Positions 46,065-57,294 of a DNA stretch of 64,000 nt are shown here, piece by piece (positions within the stretch are counted from its first letter, which is position 1; each line of letters starts with the position of its first letter). Under the pieces are notes generated by a model. The model was not told the DNA's origin. It made no database searches and saw only the letters and a program-made list of their open reading frames with translations. The position numbers and the translations under genes are program-made. Source of the DNA: an uncultured Hormoscilla sp. (GTDB lineage: Bacteria; Cyanobacteriota; Cyanobacteriia; Cyanobacteriales; Desertifilaceae); assembly GCA_963921275.4 (NCBI GenBank), contig OZ001293.3, positions 5,952,001 through 6,016,000 of the forward strand, written 5' to 3'.

Positions 46065-46830
46065 TTATGGTGATGTTAATTGGTCAAACAAACTCATTAA
46101 CTGCTGGCGCAGCATTTCTAGAGTTTCTGACATAATGATTAGCTTCAAGTGCATCTCGTTCCAACTGAGTTCGTAGCCGTGTCGGAAGAAATGTCTGAAA
46201 TTTAGGTAATCTCTCAGCCTCAACTTTAGCTGTTCGTCGATGACAGCGGGTCTGACACCTTCACGCATCTGAGACATTTGATCCAATAAGTTAAAGTGGG
46301 AGAATTATCCACCAGGTAAGTTCTTATCCAACCGCACTGCTATGCGCCTGAAGATGCTTTCAGTTCCCGTGTAGAACTGTTGGAGATAAGCGGCAAAACC
46401 ATTAAGTTCTAACTGACTGGGATGTTCGGAGACTGTATCTAAGCATCCTGAGTCGTCTTCACTATCCGCGACAAAGCAATAAGTTCGTCTTCAACCAGAC
46501 CTTTTAAGGATAAAATCGGATCTTCAGGCACTTCTACCTCCTGTAATATACGCGATCGCATCTCTGGATAGACATCTTCCAGGGGCACCAGATCCAAATT
46601 CAAATCTGGTGGCAGCAGATCGCAGCAAGCGGAGTAGGCCCGAAAAAATTCTTCTGGCGGGAGTCCCTCTACCGCTATATCAATATCGGAACGATCGTGC
46701 CAAGGGCCCTGTCCCGCTAAAGAACCAAACACGATCGCCCGTTTCGACCCAAATTCTGCTTGCAGCAACCGGGTACAGGCGGCTGCTACGGTCAAAGCTT
46801 TGGCTTTTGATTTTACAGTTGCTTGCATAA
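46065..46830 (-). pseudogene. Fused nucleotidyltransferase (MNT)-HEPN toxin-antitoxin gene with an inactivated HEPN part
   Basis: FGS...SDIDIAV MNT motif; frameshift near 46440 and a stop near 46305; HEPN segments FYTGTESIFRRIA and FRHFFRHGY. Confidence 0.75.
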
Positions 46831-46850
46831 ATGGTTTCCTTCCCATCACC

Positions 46851-47729
46851 CTATAACAGAGTGCCTGCAATCATTCCTGCTAGTAAGATAAAGCCAATCC
46901 CCACATTCTGGCGGAAGATTTGACCGTAGAAGGAACTAGGAATATCCTCCTGATGTAGCCCAAAACAATGCCTTGTCCAACCCCCGATCGCCACCCCTAG
47001 GGCTATCCAAAAAGTCCAGTGCAGCTGCATCGCTAGGCCCAGCCATCCTAGCAGTATAGCTGTACCCGCGAAGAATATGGCAACGGCTTCAGTTGCCCGA
47101 TCGCCAAAAAACAAGGCGCTAGAGTTCACCCCAATGGGTCGATCTTCTTCCCGGTCTGCCATAGCATAGACAGTATCAAAGCCCAAGGTCCAGAGGACAA
47201 CGGCACCCCAGAGGATCCAAGTAGGTGATTCTAAGTGTTCGGCAGCTGCACTCCAGCTAATTAACACGGCAAACCCCCAAGCAATTGATAGCACTAGCTG
47301 GGGAACTGGGAAGATGCGCTTAGCTGAAGGATAGAAAACGATGACTGGCACCGCTGCCACGCATAGCCCAAAACTCAAAGGATTCAGGCATAGTGCTAGT
47401 ATCCCCGCACAGACTAATGCTGCCAAGGCTACTACTAAACCGACTCTTACTGACAGCGCCCGGGATGCCAAGGGACGGGTGCGGGTGCGTTCCACTTGCG
47501 GGTCAATATCTCTGTCCCAGAGGTCATTGATCGCGCACCCAGCGCCACTTGTAGCTAAAGTCCCTAAGACAATCATAGCCACTAGCAGTACCGGTGGCCT
47601 TCCCCGCGCTGCTAAAAATACCGCCCACAGGGCAGGTATCATTAAAATCAGGCGTCCTGCTGGCTTGTCCCACCTCAACAGTCGGATGACAGTCTGCCAG
47701 GTCGGTTCTGGTTGTTGCTCGCTTAGCAT
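46851..47729 (-). CDS. ubiA: 4-hydroxybenzoate solanesyltransferase (UbiA/PlqA)
   Basis: LLRWDKPAG, NDLWDRDIDPQVERTRTRPLAS, DTVYAMADREED. Confidence 0.93.
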   Translation of the reverse strand: MLSEQQPEPTWQTVIRLLRWDKPAGRLILMIPALWAVFLAARGRPPVLLVAMIVLGTLATSGAGCAINDLWDRDIDPQVERTRTRPLASRALSVRVGLVVALAALVCAGILALCLNPLSFGLCVAAVPVIVFYPSAKRIFPVPQLVLSIAWGFAVLISWSAAAEHLESPTWILWGAVVLWTLGFDTVYAMADREEDRPIGVNSSALFFGDRATEAVAIFFAGTAILLGWLGLAMQLHWTFWIALGVAIGGWTRHCFGLHQEDIPSSFYGQIFRQNVGIGFILLAGMIAGTLL

Positions 47730-47754
47730 AAGCTTTCTTGATTTTGCCTAAACT

Positions 47755-48051
47755 TTACATTATTTCGTAATCCACGGCAATGTTGTCTGTCAAGATGGGT
47801 AAGATCAGGTTTTGCTTGACTTCCTGGTGGTCCGGGTGGTCTTGGTAGCTCTTGAGGGCCTCCCGGGAAGCTAATCGCACTACTAAGCCATGTTGAAACC
47901 CTTGCCCCCTTTCTGAGAAATTCTCCCCGCAGGAGAGGTCGATAATCTGCGGGATTTTTGCTTTCAGCCCTTTGAGACCATCCATCACAGAGGCGATCGC
48001 TTCTGGGGATGCATCCGGCTGCCACTTAAATAAAACAATATGTTCTATCAT
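47755..48051 (-). CDS. Dabb (stress-responsive A/B barrel) protein
   Basis: MIEHIVLFKW, GENFS, YQDHPDHQ, AVDY. Confidence 0.9.
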   Translation of the reverse strand: MIEHIVLFKWQPDASPEAIASVMDGLKGLKAKIPQIIDLSCGENFSERGQGFQHGLVVRLASREALKSYQDHPDHQEVKQNLILPILTDNIAVDYEIM

Positions 48052-48145
48052 CTGATGATTGCTAATTGATAATTGCTAATTGTAACTTACCATTAATTAT
48101 TAACTGTTACCAATTTTAAAAAGTGGTCATTCTTCAATAAGTAGG

Positions 48146-49789
48146 ATGCTTGATTCAATCTTAGAGAGTAAAGACCAGGTAGTCAGGCAGAATTCACAGC
48201 CGATGGATTCAGAAATAGTGCTGGCGGCGATCGATGTCGGGACTAACTCGGTTCACATGGTGGTAGTGGAGATCCAACCGGAACTGTCAGCGTTTACGAT
48301 TATTGCCAGGGAAAAGGAAACGGTCAGACTGGGGGATAGAGAACCCAAGACGGGTAAGTTGAAACCGGAACCGATGTCCAGGACGATCGCCGCCTTGAGA
48401 CGGTTTCTGGAAATTGCCAAAAGCCTGAAGGTCCAACAGACGATCGCGGTAGCCACCAGTGCGGTGCGAGAGGCTCCCAATGGGCGCGACTTCCTGAAAC
48501 AGGTAAAATCAGAGTTGGGGCTGTTCATCAACTTAATCTCCGGACCGGAGGAAGCCAGAAGAATCTATCTGGGTGTCTTGTCGGCGATGAAGTTCAACGG
48601 TAAACCCCATATCATCATTGATATAGGCGGCGGTTCGACAGAATTAATCTTAGGAGATGGTCGGGACCCGCGCAGCTTGAGCAGTACCAAAGTGGGTGCG
48701 GTACGACTCACTGCTGAGTATATCATCACTGACCCCATCAGTAATAAGGAATTTCTGTATCTGCAAGCATACGTGCGGGGAAGGCTAGAACGTCCGGTTG
48801 AGGAATTACAGGCTCATTTACAGCCTGGGGAACGACCTCGTTTAGTGGGAACTTCCGGTACGATCGAAACCCTGGGCACGATCTCTGCCTACAATCAGCT
48901 GGGCCTTGAGCCAAGTCCCCTCACTGGCTATGAACTGAGCTTCAAGCACCTGTGCGCATTAGTCGATCGCTTGCGTACTCTTTCCGACTCCGAACGGGCG
49001 AAAATTCCGGGCATGTCCGAGAAGCGATCAGAAATTATCCTGGCGGGGGCGGTAATTTTACTCGAAGCCATGCGGCTGCTGGGTCTTGATTCTGTGACAA
49101 TTTGCGAAAGCAGTCTCCGAGAAGGGATTATTGTTGATTGGATGCTCGCCCACGGCTTAATTTCTGATAAGCTATGCTACCAGAGTGAGGTGCGTCAGCG
49201 CAGCGCGATCAAAGTTGCCCATAAATACCAGGTCGCGCTCGAAGCTGCTCGGCGAACTGCCCATTTTTCTCTGAATCTATTTGACCAAATTCAGGGGATT
49301 TTACACAGTTGGGGACCGGAAGAACGGGAACTGCTTTGGGCGGCGGCAATTTTGCACAATTGTGGCGTTTATATCAGTCATGCTGCCCATCACAAGCATT
49401 CTTATTATCTGATCCGTAACGGGGAACTGCTGGGTTATACGGAAACTGAGGTAGAAGTAATTGCTAATTTAGCCCGGTATCACCGCAAGAGTCCGCCGAA
49501 GAAGAAGCACGAAAATTACAACAATTTAGCCAGTCACAAGCATCGGGAGATGGTGGCGCAATTAAGTCCCCTGCTGCGACTAGCTGTGGCCCTCGACCGG
49601 CGTCAAATTGGTGCGATTAAAGCAGTGCGGTGTGAATATAATTCAAAGAAAAAAGAATTGCACCTGCACCTGCACTCTGCTAATCCAGATGATAACTGTG
49701 AATTAGAATTATGGAGCTTGAATGAGAAGAAGGGTGTTTTTGAAGCGGAATATGGGGTTAAGTTAGTGCCGATTTTGTCCCGGGGTTAA
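48146..49789 (+). CDS. ppx: Ppx/GppA exopolyphosphatase
   Basis: AAIDVGTNSVH, ATSAVREAPN, DIGGGSTE, LREG, HD-like C-terminus. Confidence 0.95.
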   Translation: MLDSILESKDQVVRQNSQPMDSEIVLAAIDVGTNSVHMVVVEIQPELSAFTIIAREKETVRLGDREPKTGKLKPEPMSRTIAALRRFLEIAKSLKVQQTIAVATSAVREAPNGRDFLKQVKSELGLFINLISGPEEARRIYLGVLSAMKFNGKPHIIIDIGGGSTELILGDGRDPRSLSSTKVGAVRLTAEYIITDPISNKEFLYLQAYVRGRLERPVEELQAHLQPGERPRLVGTSGTIETLGTISAYNQLGLEPSPLTGYELSFKHLCALVDRLRTLSDSERAKIPGMSEKRSEIILAGAVILLEAMRLLGLDSVTICESSLREGIIVDWMLAHGLISDKLCYQSEVRQRSAIKVAHKYQVALEAARRTAHFSLNLFDQIQGILHSWGPEERELLWAAAILHNCGVYISHAAHHKHSYYLIRNGELLGYTETEVEVIANLARYHRKSPPKKKHENYNNLASHKHREMVAQLSPLLRLAVALDRRQIGAIKAVRCEYNSKKKELHLHLHSANPDDNCELELWSLNEKKGVFEAEYGVKLVPILSRG

Positions 49790-50196
49790 TTATTTATAAG
49801 CCACGACACGCTGCGCTACCACCGGTGGGGCTACACCGGTTTTTCCGGACCGGTGCAAAGCAATGTCATTGCGATTTTTCGCGCAGCGTGCGCAGCGTGC
49901 GCAGCGTGGCAACCTTCGCAGGCGGGCTTAATTACATTCTGGAGATACAGCAGAGAGCAGAGATTGACGAACCGTTCCGGAAAAATCGGATGAAGTTTGC
50001 CATCTGTCCTCTGATTGCGTTATAATTATCTATCAGTTGGGTCCGTAACTCCGCCGGTGCCGATCCAGATCCAGGCTACTAGCCATGGTAAATAATTGCA
50101 TCTCCTTCATCTTGAAGAAAGTACCTAAAATAATTGGAGCATGAACCATGAAATTTATTTTTCTATCCGGTTTTAAATACAATGATACAATGTGTG

Positions 50197-50780
50197 TGGC
50201 CTAAAAAGGAAATGGTAGCTAGTATTAGTTTTAGACTCTGGCTAATATAGTACTCAAATAGCTCCCGGGGTATAGTGTGGACCTAAAGGTATCGCGAAAT
50301 GTTGTTAGGGAACGAAGTAACCTCTCGTGTGCTGTCCATCAGGACAAGTTAGATGTTAAGCGCAAGCCACGGGGGGAGGGATGGCCCAAGAAGCGAATGC
50401 CCGGGGTAATTCCTGGGATAACATCTACAGTAATGTAGATGATGCTGGGTAGCCAGCCCTGACGTGGGTCGGTGATACTAGGAAGCTGCTGGAATGAGTA
50501 ATCCTAAAAAGCCACAGAACTAATCCGAAACGCAAGTGGAGGATAAGGTATGGATAACTGGTAAAACTGACTTGAAAATGGTGATACTAACGGTTATCAG
50601 AACAACCACTCGCTAAACCAGGAAAGGGAAGAAAAGACAGGCGGCAAGGGCTAACGGAAGTAATTCCTATTAAGTCTACCTATGAAAAGGGCCTAGTACC
50701 CAGTAGCCGGATGCGGTGAAAATCGCAAGTCCGGTTCCTCAAGGGAGGGTCGGGAAGCGATTCCCGGCTCGACCCCATCC
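50197..50780 (+). mobile_element. 5'-truncated copy of ORF-less intron A (copy 4)
   Basis: Matches about 35250-35833, including the CCCCATCC end; the first about 290 nt are absent. Confidence 0.9.
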
Positions 50781-51010
50781 ATCATCAACCTAGCCTAGGG
50801 GGAGAGGAATCTGGTCAGGTTTATCCTCCTCCCACCCCTGGGAGGAGGAATCTGGTCAGGTTTATCCTCCTCCCACCCCTGGGAAGAGAGGAATCTGGTC
50901 AGGTTTATCATCAACCTAGCCTAGGGGAAGAGGAATCTGGTCAGGTTTATCCTCCTCCCAGGAGTGGGAGGAGAGGAATCTGGTCAGGTTGATCGTCTTC
51001 CTACCCCTGG
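50781..51010. repeat. Five GAGGAATCTGGTCAGGTT(T/G)ATC units with short recurring linkers
   Basis: Directly visible; linkers are about 18-21 nt and repeat. Confidence 0.85.
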
Positions 51011-51134
51011 ATGTGGTCATTTGTGGCACAAGGATGGATCATCCCCCCCAACCCCCCAACTTAGCCTTACCATTACTCACAGGGTATTGTGTAAGCATTC
51101 AGCCGATCGAGTTATCATGAGATGGCGGTGCAAT

Positions 51135-52122
51135 AGTTATGTGTCCAATATATCATCACAAAAATGTCGAGCAAAGAAGAACAGCCACTCAAGCTAGCTG
51201 CGCTGGAGAATGCTGATATTAAACTCATCAGGGACTGTTCGCGTCGATATAATTCGATCCAGATCTGATATCGCATATTCATAGCCGACTGAGTCGCGAT
51301 CGCCGGGACTCACACAGGCTCGAATCAGAGCAATGCAAAGCTCCATAAAGCAGTTGGAACTACCCAAATACTGCCACCAGTCAGTACCTATCCTGACAGC
51401 AACGTGGACTTCTACACCGTCTTTCACAAACTCACACTCCCATCGATTATCAGGTGGGAGTATCATTGCCCCTTCTGGAAGCTTGTCTTTTATGTTTCTA
51501 AGGATGTGCCAGTCCTTCTTGTTAGATTGCTTTTCCGTCCCATACAGAACCCCATAGTTAAATTCAACTCTCTTGACTCCTGCTTCTGTAGCCCATTTCC
51601 CAAAGTTATCTAAGATAGCATCTGCAAAGTTTTTACTAATCTGGTCGTTAAGGCAGCGAGGTCCACTTTTGAGAGTTGCAAGTTTGAGAATATCACCTTC
51701 AATACGTTTCCCATCTAATGCTGAATTTGTCGTGTGCATCTCGCTCAAAACAGCCTCCCAACCATAAATAGGTAGTGCCACAACCTCTACCATCCGACCA
51801 GCAGCAGTTTCCATTGAAGAAAACTGCTTTGCCGGGAGTATATCACGTTCAAGCTGACTAATGCGGCTGTAGCCTCGATGAAAGCAGTGAATCATCAAGA
51901 CAAAAGGGCTTGTATTGAATTTATTAAATTTAGCGTCTTCAGCAGGGAGAGAAGCAACGTGCGGCGTCTTCCGCGTGCTCTTGTCCTGAAGGACTCGGCA
52001 CGCTCCAGACACCGATGCCTGATTCGATCGCGAAACTGATTTTCCATCGCCAGGACTCGCTTGGTTGACTCTGACCGAGAATCAACCAGTTCTAAACCTG
52101 CTAAAAGACTTGACTTTGTAAT
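51135..52122 (-). pseudogene. Type II restriction endonuclease remnant (PD-(D/E)XK)
   Basis: SSMETAAGRMVE...ALDG...ATLKSGPRCLN; frameshifted by a palindromic insertion near 51960-52015; TAG at 51194 followed by LEWLFFFARHFCD. Confidence 0.6.
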
Positions 52123-52968
52123 TATCCGCCAGTTTGACCCTTCTGGAACCAGGCTGAGGTAGTATTTTTTTCGAGGGCTAAAGTCCATTACAACTGGGTT
52201 CTCTTCTCTCAGGTCACCTATGACGTCCCTCAAGGTCGCCCAAGGTTTTCTGTCAGACTCATTACCAAAAAGAGAGAGTTGCATTTCCTTTTCTTCCGAT
52301 GGGCCGTGTGTTGGGTCGGGAAAGTCAACTACGGCGTTGTAGCGATTACCGATGAAGAGTGCTCTCTCCCGGATCTGCGGCGCACCGTAGTTAACGGCAT
52401 TGACTTCAAAACAGTCCATGTGGTAAGAAGCTCCGGGAATATTTTTTAAGTCACTAGCAAAAAGCTTAACTACAGAACCAGGCTCTTCGTCAGGTTCTAA
52501 GGCTAAACCTCCCTTCTCTGGACGTTTGGCGATCGGGCGGTGGCGAAGGGCTGCGGAGAGCAGCCCGCGCACGTTCTCCATCAGAAAAAATTTCGGCTTG
52601 ATAACTGCGATAAAGTTCAGGTATTGCCAAAGTAAAGTACCCCGTGGGTCTTGCACTGTTCGACGCTTTCCTGCTGTACTGAATGACTGACAGGGTGGCC
52701 CACCAACTATCAGGTCTAGTTCCTCGGGCTGAAGACCAATTGCATCTAATACTTCTGACGGGCTAACAGCACAAATATCTCTCTCGAAGACTTTCATATT
52801 TCGATCTAGTTTGCCCGATTGCTGATTGCGACGAATCGTTTCTGTACAGGCATTATCTTTCTCAATACATGCTAAGATTCTAAACCGTCCTGTAGATTTC
52901 AGTCCGAGGTCGAGACCCATACCACCAGAAAATATGGATACAACTGTATACTGGCTACTATCTGTCAT
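52123..52968 (-). pseudogene. C5-cytosine DNA methyltransferase, C-terminally truncated
   Basis: FSGGMG, GGPPCQSFS, ENVRG, YGAPQIRER; no motifs IX/X, and the ORF runs directly into the REase N-terminus after EGSNWR. Confidence 0.85.
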
Positions 52969-53215
52969 TTTGGCGATTCTCTCAATTGTCTAGTATTATT
53001 CTAGTATACATCATACAGAACTTTATCCTTGTAGGTGGTATAATCCTGTTCCACTTTGATCGAGAGTTCCCTGTCCGCCAGACCCAGGCGATCGCCAACA
53101 GCGAGGTCGTAGGTTGTCGGCGCGGCGATCCATTTGTAACTCATCTCAGGCGCGTAGCGCTAGAAACCTGGTTTCTAGCGCGTTTCACAGTTTGGTTCAG
53201 TGCTGCTGCTGTTGG

Positions 53216-53866
53216 CTAAACATTTCCTAACCCTGACAGAAACTCCACAAATGGTCGGAAGCATTGAGGATAGCGATCGGCAATCTCTTGATAGGAAGCA
53301 TTTTCTAAGATATTTGCAGCATCTACAGTTTCTTTATAGGGTCTACCGCAACTATCGAAAATTCTCTGTACAACCTGCTTGGGCGGGAGATCGTGGTTTT
53401 GCTCCTCAACTGGCCGTTGCCATGTAATCTTCAAGGAATTGACCTCCAGGAATTTTTTTAATTCCTCCTCAGCGGCAAGGATGAGTATCTCTAGCTCGTA
53501 CTTAAAGCAGAATACCTGAAAACGCTCTCTCAGTCTGAGATCGTCTCCCAACCCTCTGTTTCGCACTGTTTCATCGAACTTATTGAGCATTCCCATCTTC
53601 AGTTCGGCAAAAGTTTCGTGGGTAAACCCCTTATTTTTCGGGTATAAGTCGGGAATTACCACGACAATTGTATTGGGATCGTTGAGGATAATGTTGACGG
53701 ATGTGACCGGAATAGTGAGCAATAAAAACTTCTTGGCATCTCCGGCTTTCGCCCGGAAGAATTGTATACTGATTCCTTGTTGGGCTTTTTCGGCAATTAA
53801 AGGTGCTAGCAATGCTTCCATAGCACGTTTGTCAGAGTCACTTTCCACATAAATCACGACTTTCAT
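53216..53866 (-). CDS. DUF4276-like (TOPRIM-fold) protein
   Basis: VIYVESDSD, VVIPDLYP, YELEILILA, CPQ/YPQCFRPF-type end; 4-bp overlap with the ATPase gene. Confidence 0.75.
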   Translation of the reverse strand: MKVVIYVESDSDKRAMEALLAPLIAEKAQQGISIQFFRAKAGDAKKFLLLTIPVTSVNIILNDPNTIVVVIPDLYPKNKGFTHETFAELKMGMLNKFDETVRNRGLGDDLRLRERFQVFCFKYELEILILAAEEELKKFLEVNSLKITWQRPVEEQNHDLPPKQVVQRIFDSCGRPYKETVDAANILENASYQEIADRYPQCFRPFVEFLSGLGNV

Positions 53867-55038
53867 GATAGCACCTCCAAGTGATCGCTCCAGTGCAGGT
53901 ACTCAATTTCGGATTCTCCAAAGTCCTTTATCATATCTGTTAAGGTTTTGGACTTAGCTGGCTTCAGGAAATTAGCTGCCCCTTCGTCCTTGCGGAAGAG
54001 GGCAATTCGTTCAAAATTAAACTGGAGTAGGAAAAATGACCCGTGGGATGTTACAAGGATCTGACCGTGTTCCCAGGATGCTTTATCCAAGAACGCAGCT
54101 ATAATTGGATAGGTCCGGGGATGAAGACCCTGTTCGGGTTCGTCAATAAAAATCAGAGAGGGCGGGTTGGGGTGCAGGCAAAGACTGAACCAACACATTA
54201 AACGCAGAGTCCCGTCGGATAAGTCGGCTATGCTTAATTCCCGATCGCTCTCTTGTTCCTGCCAGAAAGTCATCACTTCTCCCGGGCCGCCTCTGGCCTT
54301 GACAGTCAAACTCTTGAACCCGCGAATTGCACCACGCAAATGTAATTGCAGTTGCTGAAATATTTGGGGATGCTCGGTCATAAAATAATGCAATACGGCA
54401 CTCAAATTGCCCCCATCTTCATCCAGCCATGGTTGCGGTTGTACGAGGACCGATCGGCGAATCTTGTCAGTGGCGATGTTGAAGGTGCTGTAAAATCGCC
54501 AACTACGAATATAATCCCCCAACTGCAAGAGCATTTTCATTCTCGGGTCGGCTATACTACCCAAAGCAAGCTGATCGCGCCTGGAGAGCAATTCTTGTTT
54601 TATCTCTGTTTTCCCCTCCCCTGCTGGTTGATGCACGAAGCTCTCCTTGCCGTGCCGATCCAGGAATAAAATAGGTTTCACGCCCGACTCGGCAGAGGAG
54701 ACTCGTTCAAAAGAAATTTCGTGACCTGCCCTCGGTCCGGTCAGTTCTCCTTGGTAACGGACAGGGACTTCGGTACCCAAATCTATTTCCAAGTCCCAGG
54801 TAAACTTTTCTGGTCCCGGCACGTGGAAAATATTTTGCCCGATCGACCCGGGAATAATTTCACTAGGGATATCCCCCTGCATGGCATCTCGCAAGAACTT
54901 CATAAATTCAAACAAGCTTGACTTCCCCGAACCATTAGAACCTACTATCACTTCTAGGGGGGACAGTGGGGCAACAAAATCTCTAAAGGGTCGATAACCT
55001 TTAATTTTGAGTGACGTGAGCTGGGGATGCTTCTTCAT
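53863..55038 (-). CDS. ABC-type (AAA_21/SMC-like) ATPase
   Basis: Walker A GSNGSGKS, signature LSDGT, Walker B FIDEPEQGLHP, H-loop VTSH. Confidence 0.9.
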   Translation of the reverse strand: MKKHPQLTSLKIKGYRPFRDFVAPLSPLEVIVGSNGSGKSSLFEFMKFLRDAMQGDIPSEIIPGSIGQNIFHVPGPEKFTWDLEIDLGTEVPVRYQGELTGPRAGHEISFERVSSAESGVKPILFLDRHGKESFVHQPAGEGKTEIKQELLSRRDQLALGSIADPRMKMLLQLGDYIRSWRFYSTFNIATDKIRRSVLVQPQPWLDEDGGNLSAVLHYFMTEHPQIFQQLQLHLRGAIRGFKSLTVKARGGPGEVMTFWQEQESDRELSIADLSDGTLRLMCWFSLCLHPNPPSLIFIDEPEQGLHPRTYPIIAAFLDKASWEHGQILVTSHGSFFLLQFNFERIALFRKDEGAANFLKPAKSKTLTDMIKDFGESEIEYLHWSDHLEVLS

Positions 55039-55211
55039 TTCTCTACCTCCGTTAACTGTAATAATAATATAACCCAATTAGCGCAGTCGAAGCTTTTGTC
55101 ATTCCGGTAGGACTGTTGCGTAGGTTGTCGGCGCGGCGAGCCATTATGTAACTCATATCATTTGCTACTCACTTGAGTTATGATTATTGATGAAATCAAC
55201 CATAGCATAAG

Positions 55212-55883
55212 ATGACGCAACTAACAGCCACGGAGTATAAGCATATCCAGTTAGATGCCAAAGGAGTACCTCTGATCGCCGGAACCACGATGAAAGTGGT
55301 AGAATTAGTCATGGCTCAAATGGCTTACGGCTGGGGACCAGAAGAGTTACACTTTCAGCATCCATATTTAACCATGAGTCAGATTCATTCTGCCTTTGCT
55401 TATTACTGGGAGCATAAAGAGGAACTTGATGCCGATATCGAAAGGCGAGAGGAGTAAGTGAAACAGGCAGAAAAAGCAGCAGGACCATCGCCTATAGCTG
55501 CGAAATTGCGGGCAATGGGGTTATTAACATGAGTATAGCCCTATATGGATGAGCATGTCCATCAAGGAATTACAACTGAGTTGCGCAAAGTAGATGTTTT
55601 GACAGTTCAAGAAGATGGAGGTACTAGCTTTCCTGACCCCATTATTATTGACCGTGCAACAGAACTATTTCGCGTCATGTTTTCACAAGACCAGGATTTT
55701 CTGGTTGAAGCGAAACTTCGTCAGACTGCGGGGATAAATTTTACTGGTGTCATATACGCCCGTCAATACCATGTCTATATTGGTGATTGTATACGCGACT
55801 TGGAACTGATTGCTAAAGCATGTAATCCTGAAGACTGTGCAAACTTTGTCCAATACCTGCCCTTGTTATCTATAATTTGGTAA
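55212..55883 (+). pseudogene. DUF433 antitoxin + DUF5615 PIN-like toxin pair, both damaged (copy 1)
   Basis: GVPLIAGTTMKV...QIHSAFAYY with a premature TAA at 55455; toxin start MSIALY frameshifted from MDEHV; SQDQDF. Confidence 0.8.
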
Positions 55884-57294
55884 TGGAGATAGCCGTGGTT
55901 AAAACCAGTTGGTAAAAAAAAGATACCCGCTGCTGGTGCGGTGCCCACCCTACTTCAATTAAATTTCCTGGGCCACTATTCTGTTGCAGATGTGAGAAGA
56001 TGGATGAAGCTGTAAATGTTGTGGCAATATGACTGAAACGCAAGTGGCGCCCTATGGTGCTTGGAAATCTCCGATATCCTCAGATATGATTGTGGCAGGG
56101 GTTGTGGGACTTTCCTCACTTACCCTGGATGGAGAGGATGTTTATTGGATTGAAGGACGACCGGCTGAAGGGGGACGCTATGCGATCGCCCGCTACTCCC
56201 GTGATGAACAAGTCTCTGACGTGACGCCATCTCCTTTTAATGTCCGTACCAGCGTTCACGAGTACGGCGGCGGGGCTTATCTTGTCAGTGAGGGTGTAGA
56301 ATTAGTCATGGCTCAAATGGCTTACGGCTGGGGACCAGAAGAGTTGCACTTTCAGCATCCATATTTAACCATGAGTCAGATTCATTCTGCCTTTGCTTAT
56401 TACTGGGAGCATAAAGAGGAACTTGATGCCGATATCGAAAGGCGAGAGGAGTAAGTGAAACAGGCAGAAAAAGCAGCAGGACCATCGCCTATAGCTGCGA
56501 AATTGCGGGCAATGGGGTTATTAACATGAGTATAGCCCTATATGGATGAGCATGTCCATCAAGGAATTACAACTGAGTTGCGCAAAGTAGATGTTTTGAC
56601 AGTTCAAGAAGATGGAGATACTAGCTTTCCTGACCCCATTATTATTGACCGTGCAACAGAACTATTTCGCGTCATGTTTTCACAAGACCAGGATTTTCTG
56701 GTTGAAGCGAAACTTCGTCAGACTGCGGGGATAAATTTTACTGGTGTCATATACGCCCGTCAATACCATGTCTATATTGGTGATTGTATACGCGACTTGG
56801 AACTGATTGCTAAAGCATGTAATCCTGAAGACTGTGCAAACTTTGTCCAATACCTGCCCTTGTTATCTATAATTTGGTAATGGAGATAGCCGTGGTTAAA
56901 ACCAGTTGGTAAAAAAAAGATACCCGCTGCTGGTGCGGTGCCCACCCTACTTCAATTAAATTTCCTGGGCCACTATTCTGTTGCAGATGTGAGAAGATGG
57001 ATGAAGCTGTAAATGTTGTGGCAATATGACTGAAACGCAAGTGGCGCCCTATGGTGCTTGGAAATCTCCGATATCCTCAGATATGATTGTGGCAGGGGTT
57101 GTGGGACTTTCCTCACTTACCCTGGATGGAGAGGATGTTTATTGGATTGAAGGACGACCGGCTGAAGGGGGACGCTATGCGATCGCCCGCTACTCCCGTG
57201 ATGAACAAGTCTCTGACGTGACGCCATCTCCTTTTAATGTCCGTACCCGCGTTCACGAGTACGGCGGCGGGGCTTATCTTGTCAGTGAGGGTGT
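55299..57294 (+). repeat. Tandem duplication with a 997-bp period
   Basis: 55299-56297 repeats as 56296-57294 with a few substitutions; creates the chimeric ORF 56029-56454. Confidence 0.95.

Noticed and set aside
50781..51010. Possible CRISPR array
   Set aside because: Linkers are short and recur rather than being unique spacers, and there is no cas operon in the window.
55299..57294. DGR template/variable repeat pair
   Set aside because: The few differences are not adenine-specific; it is a plain tandem duplication.
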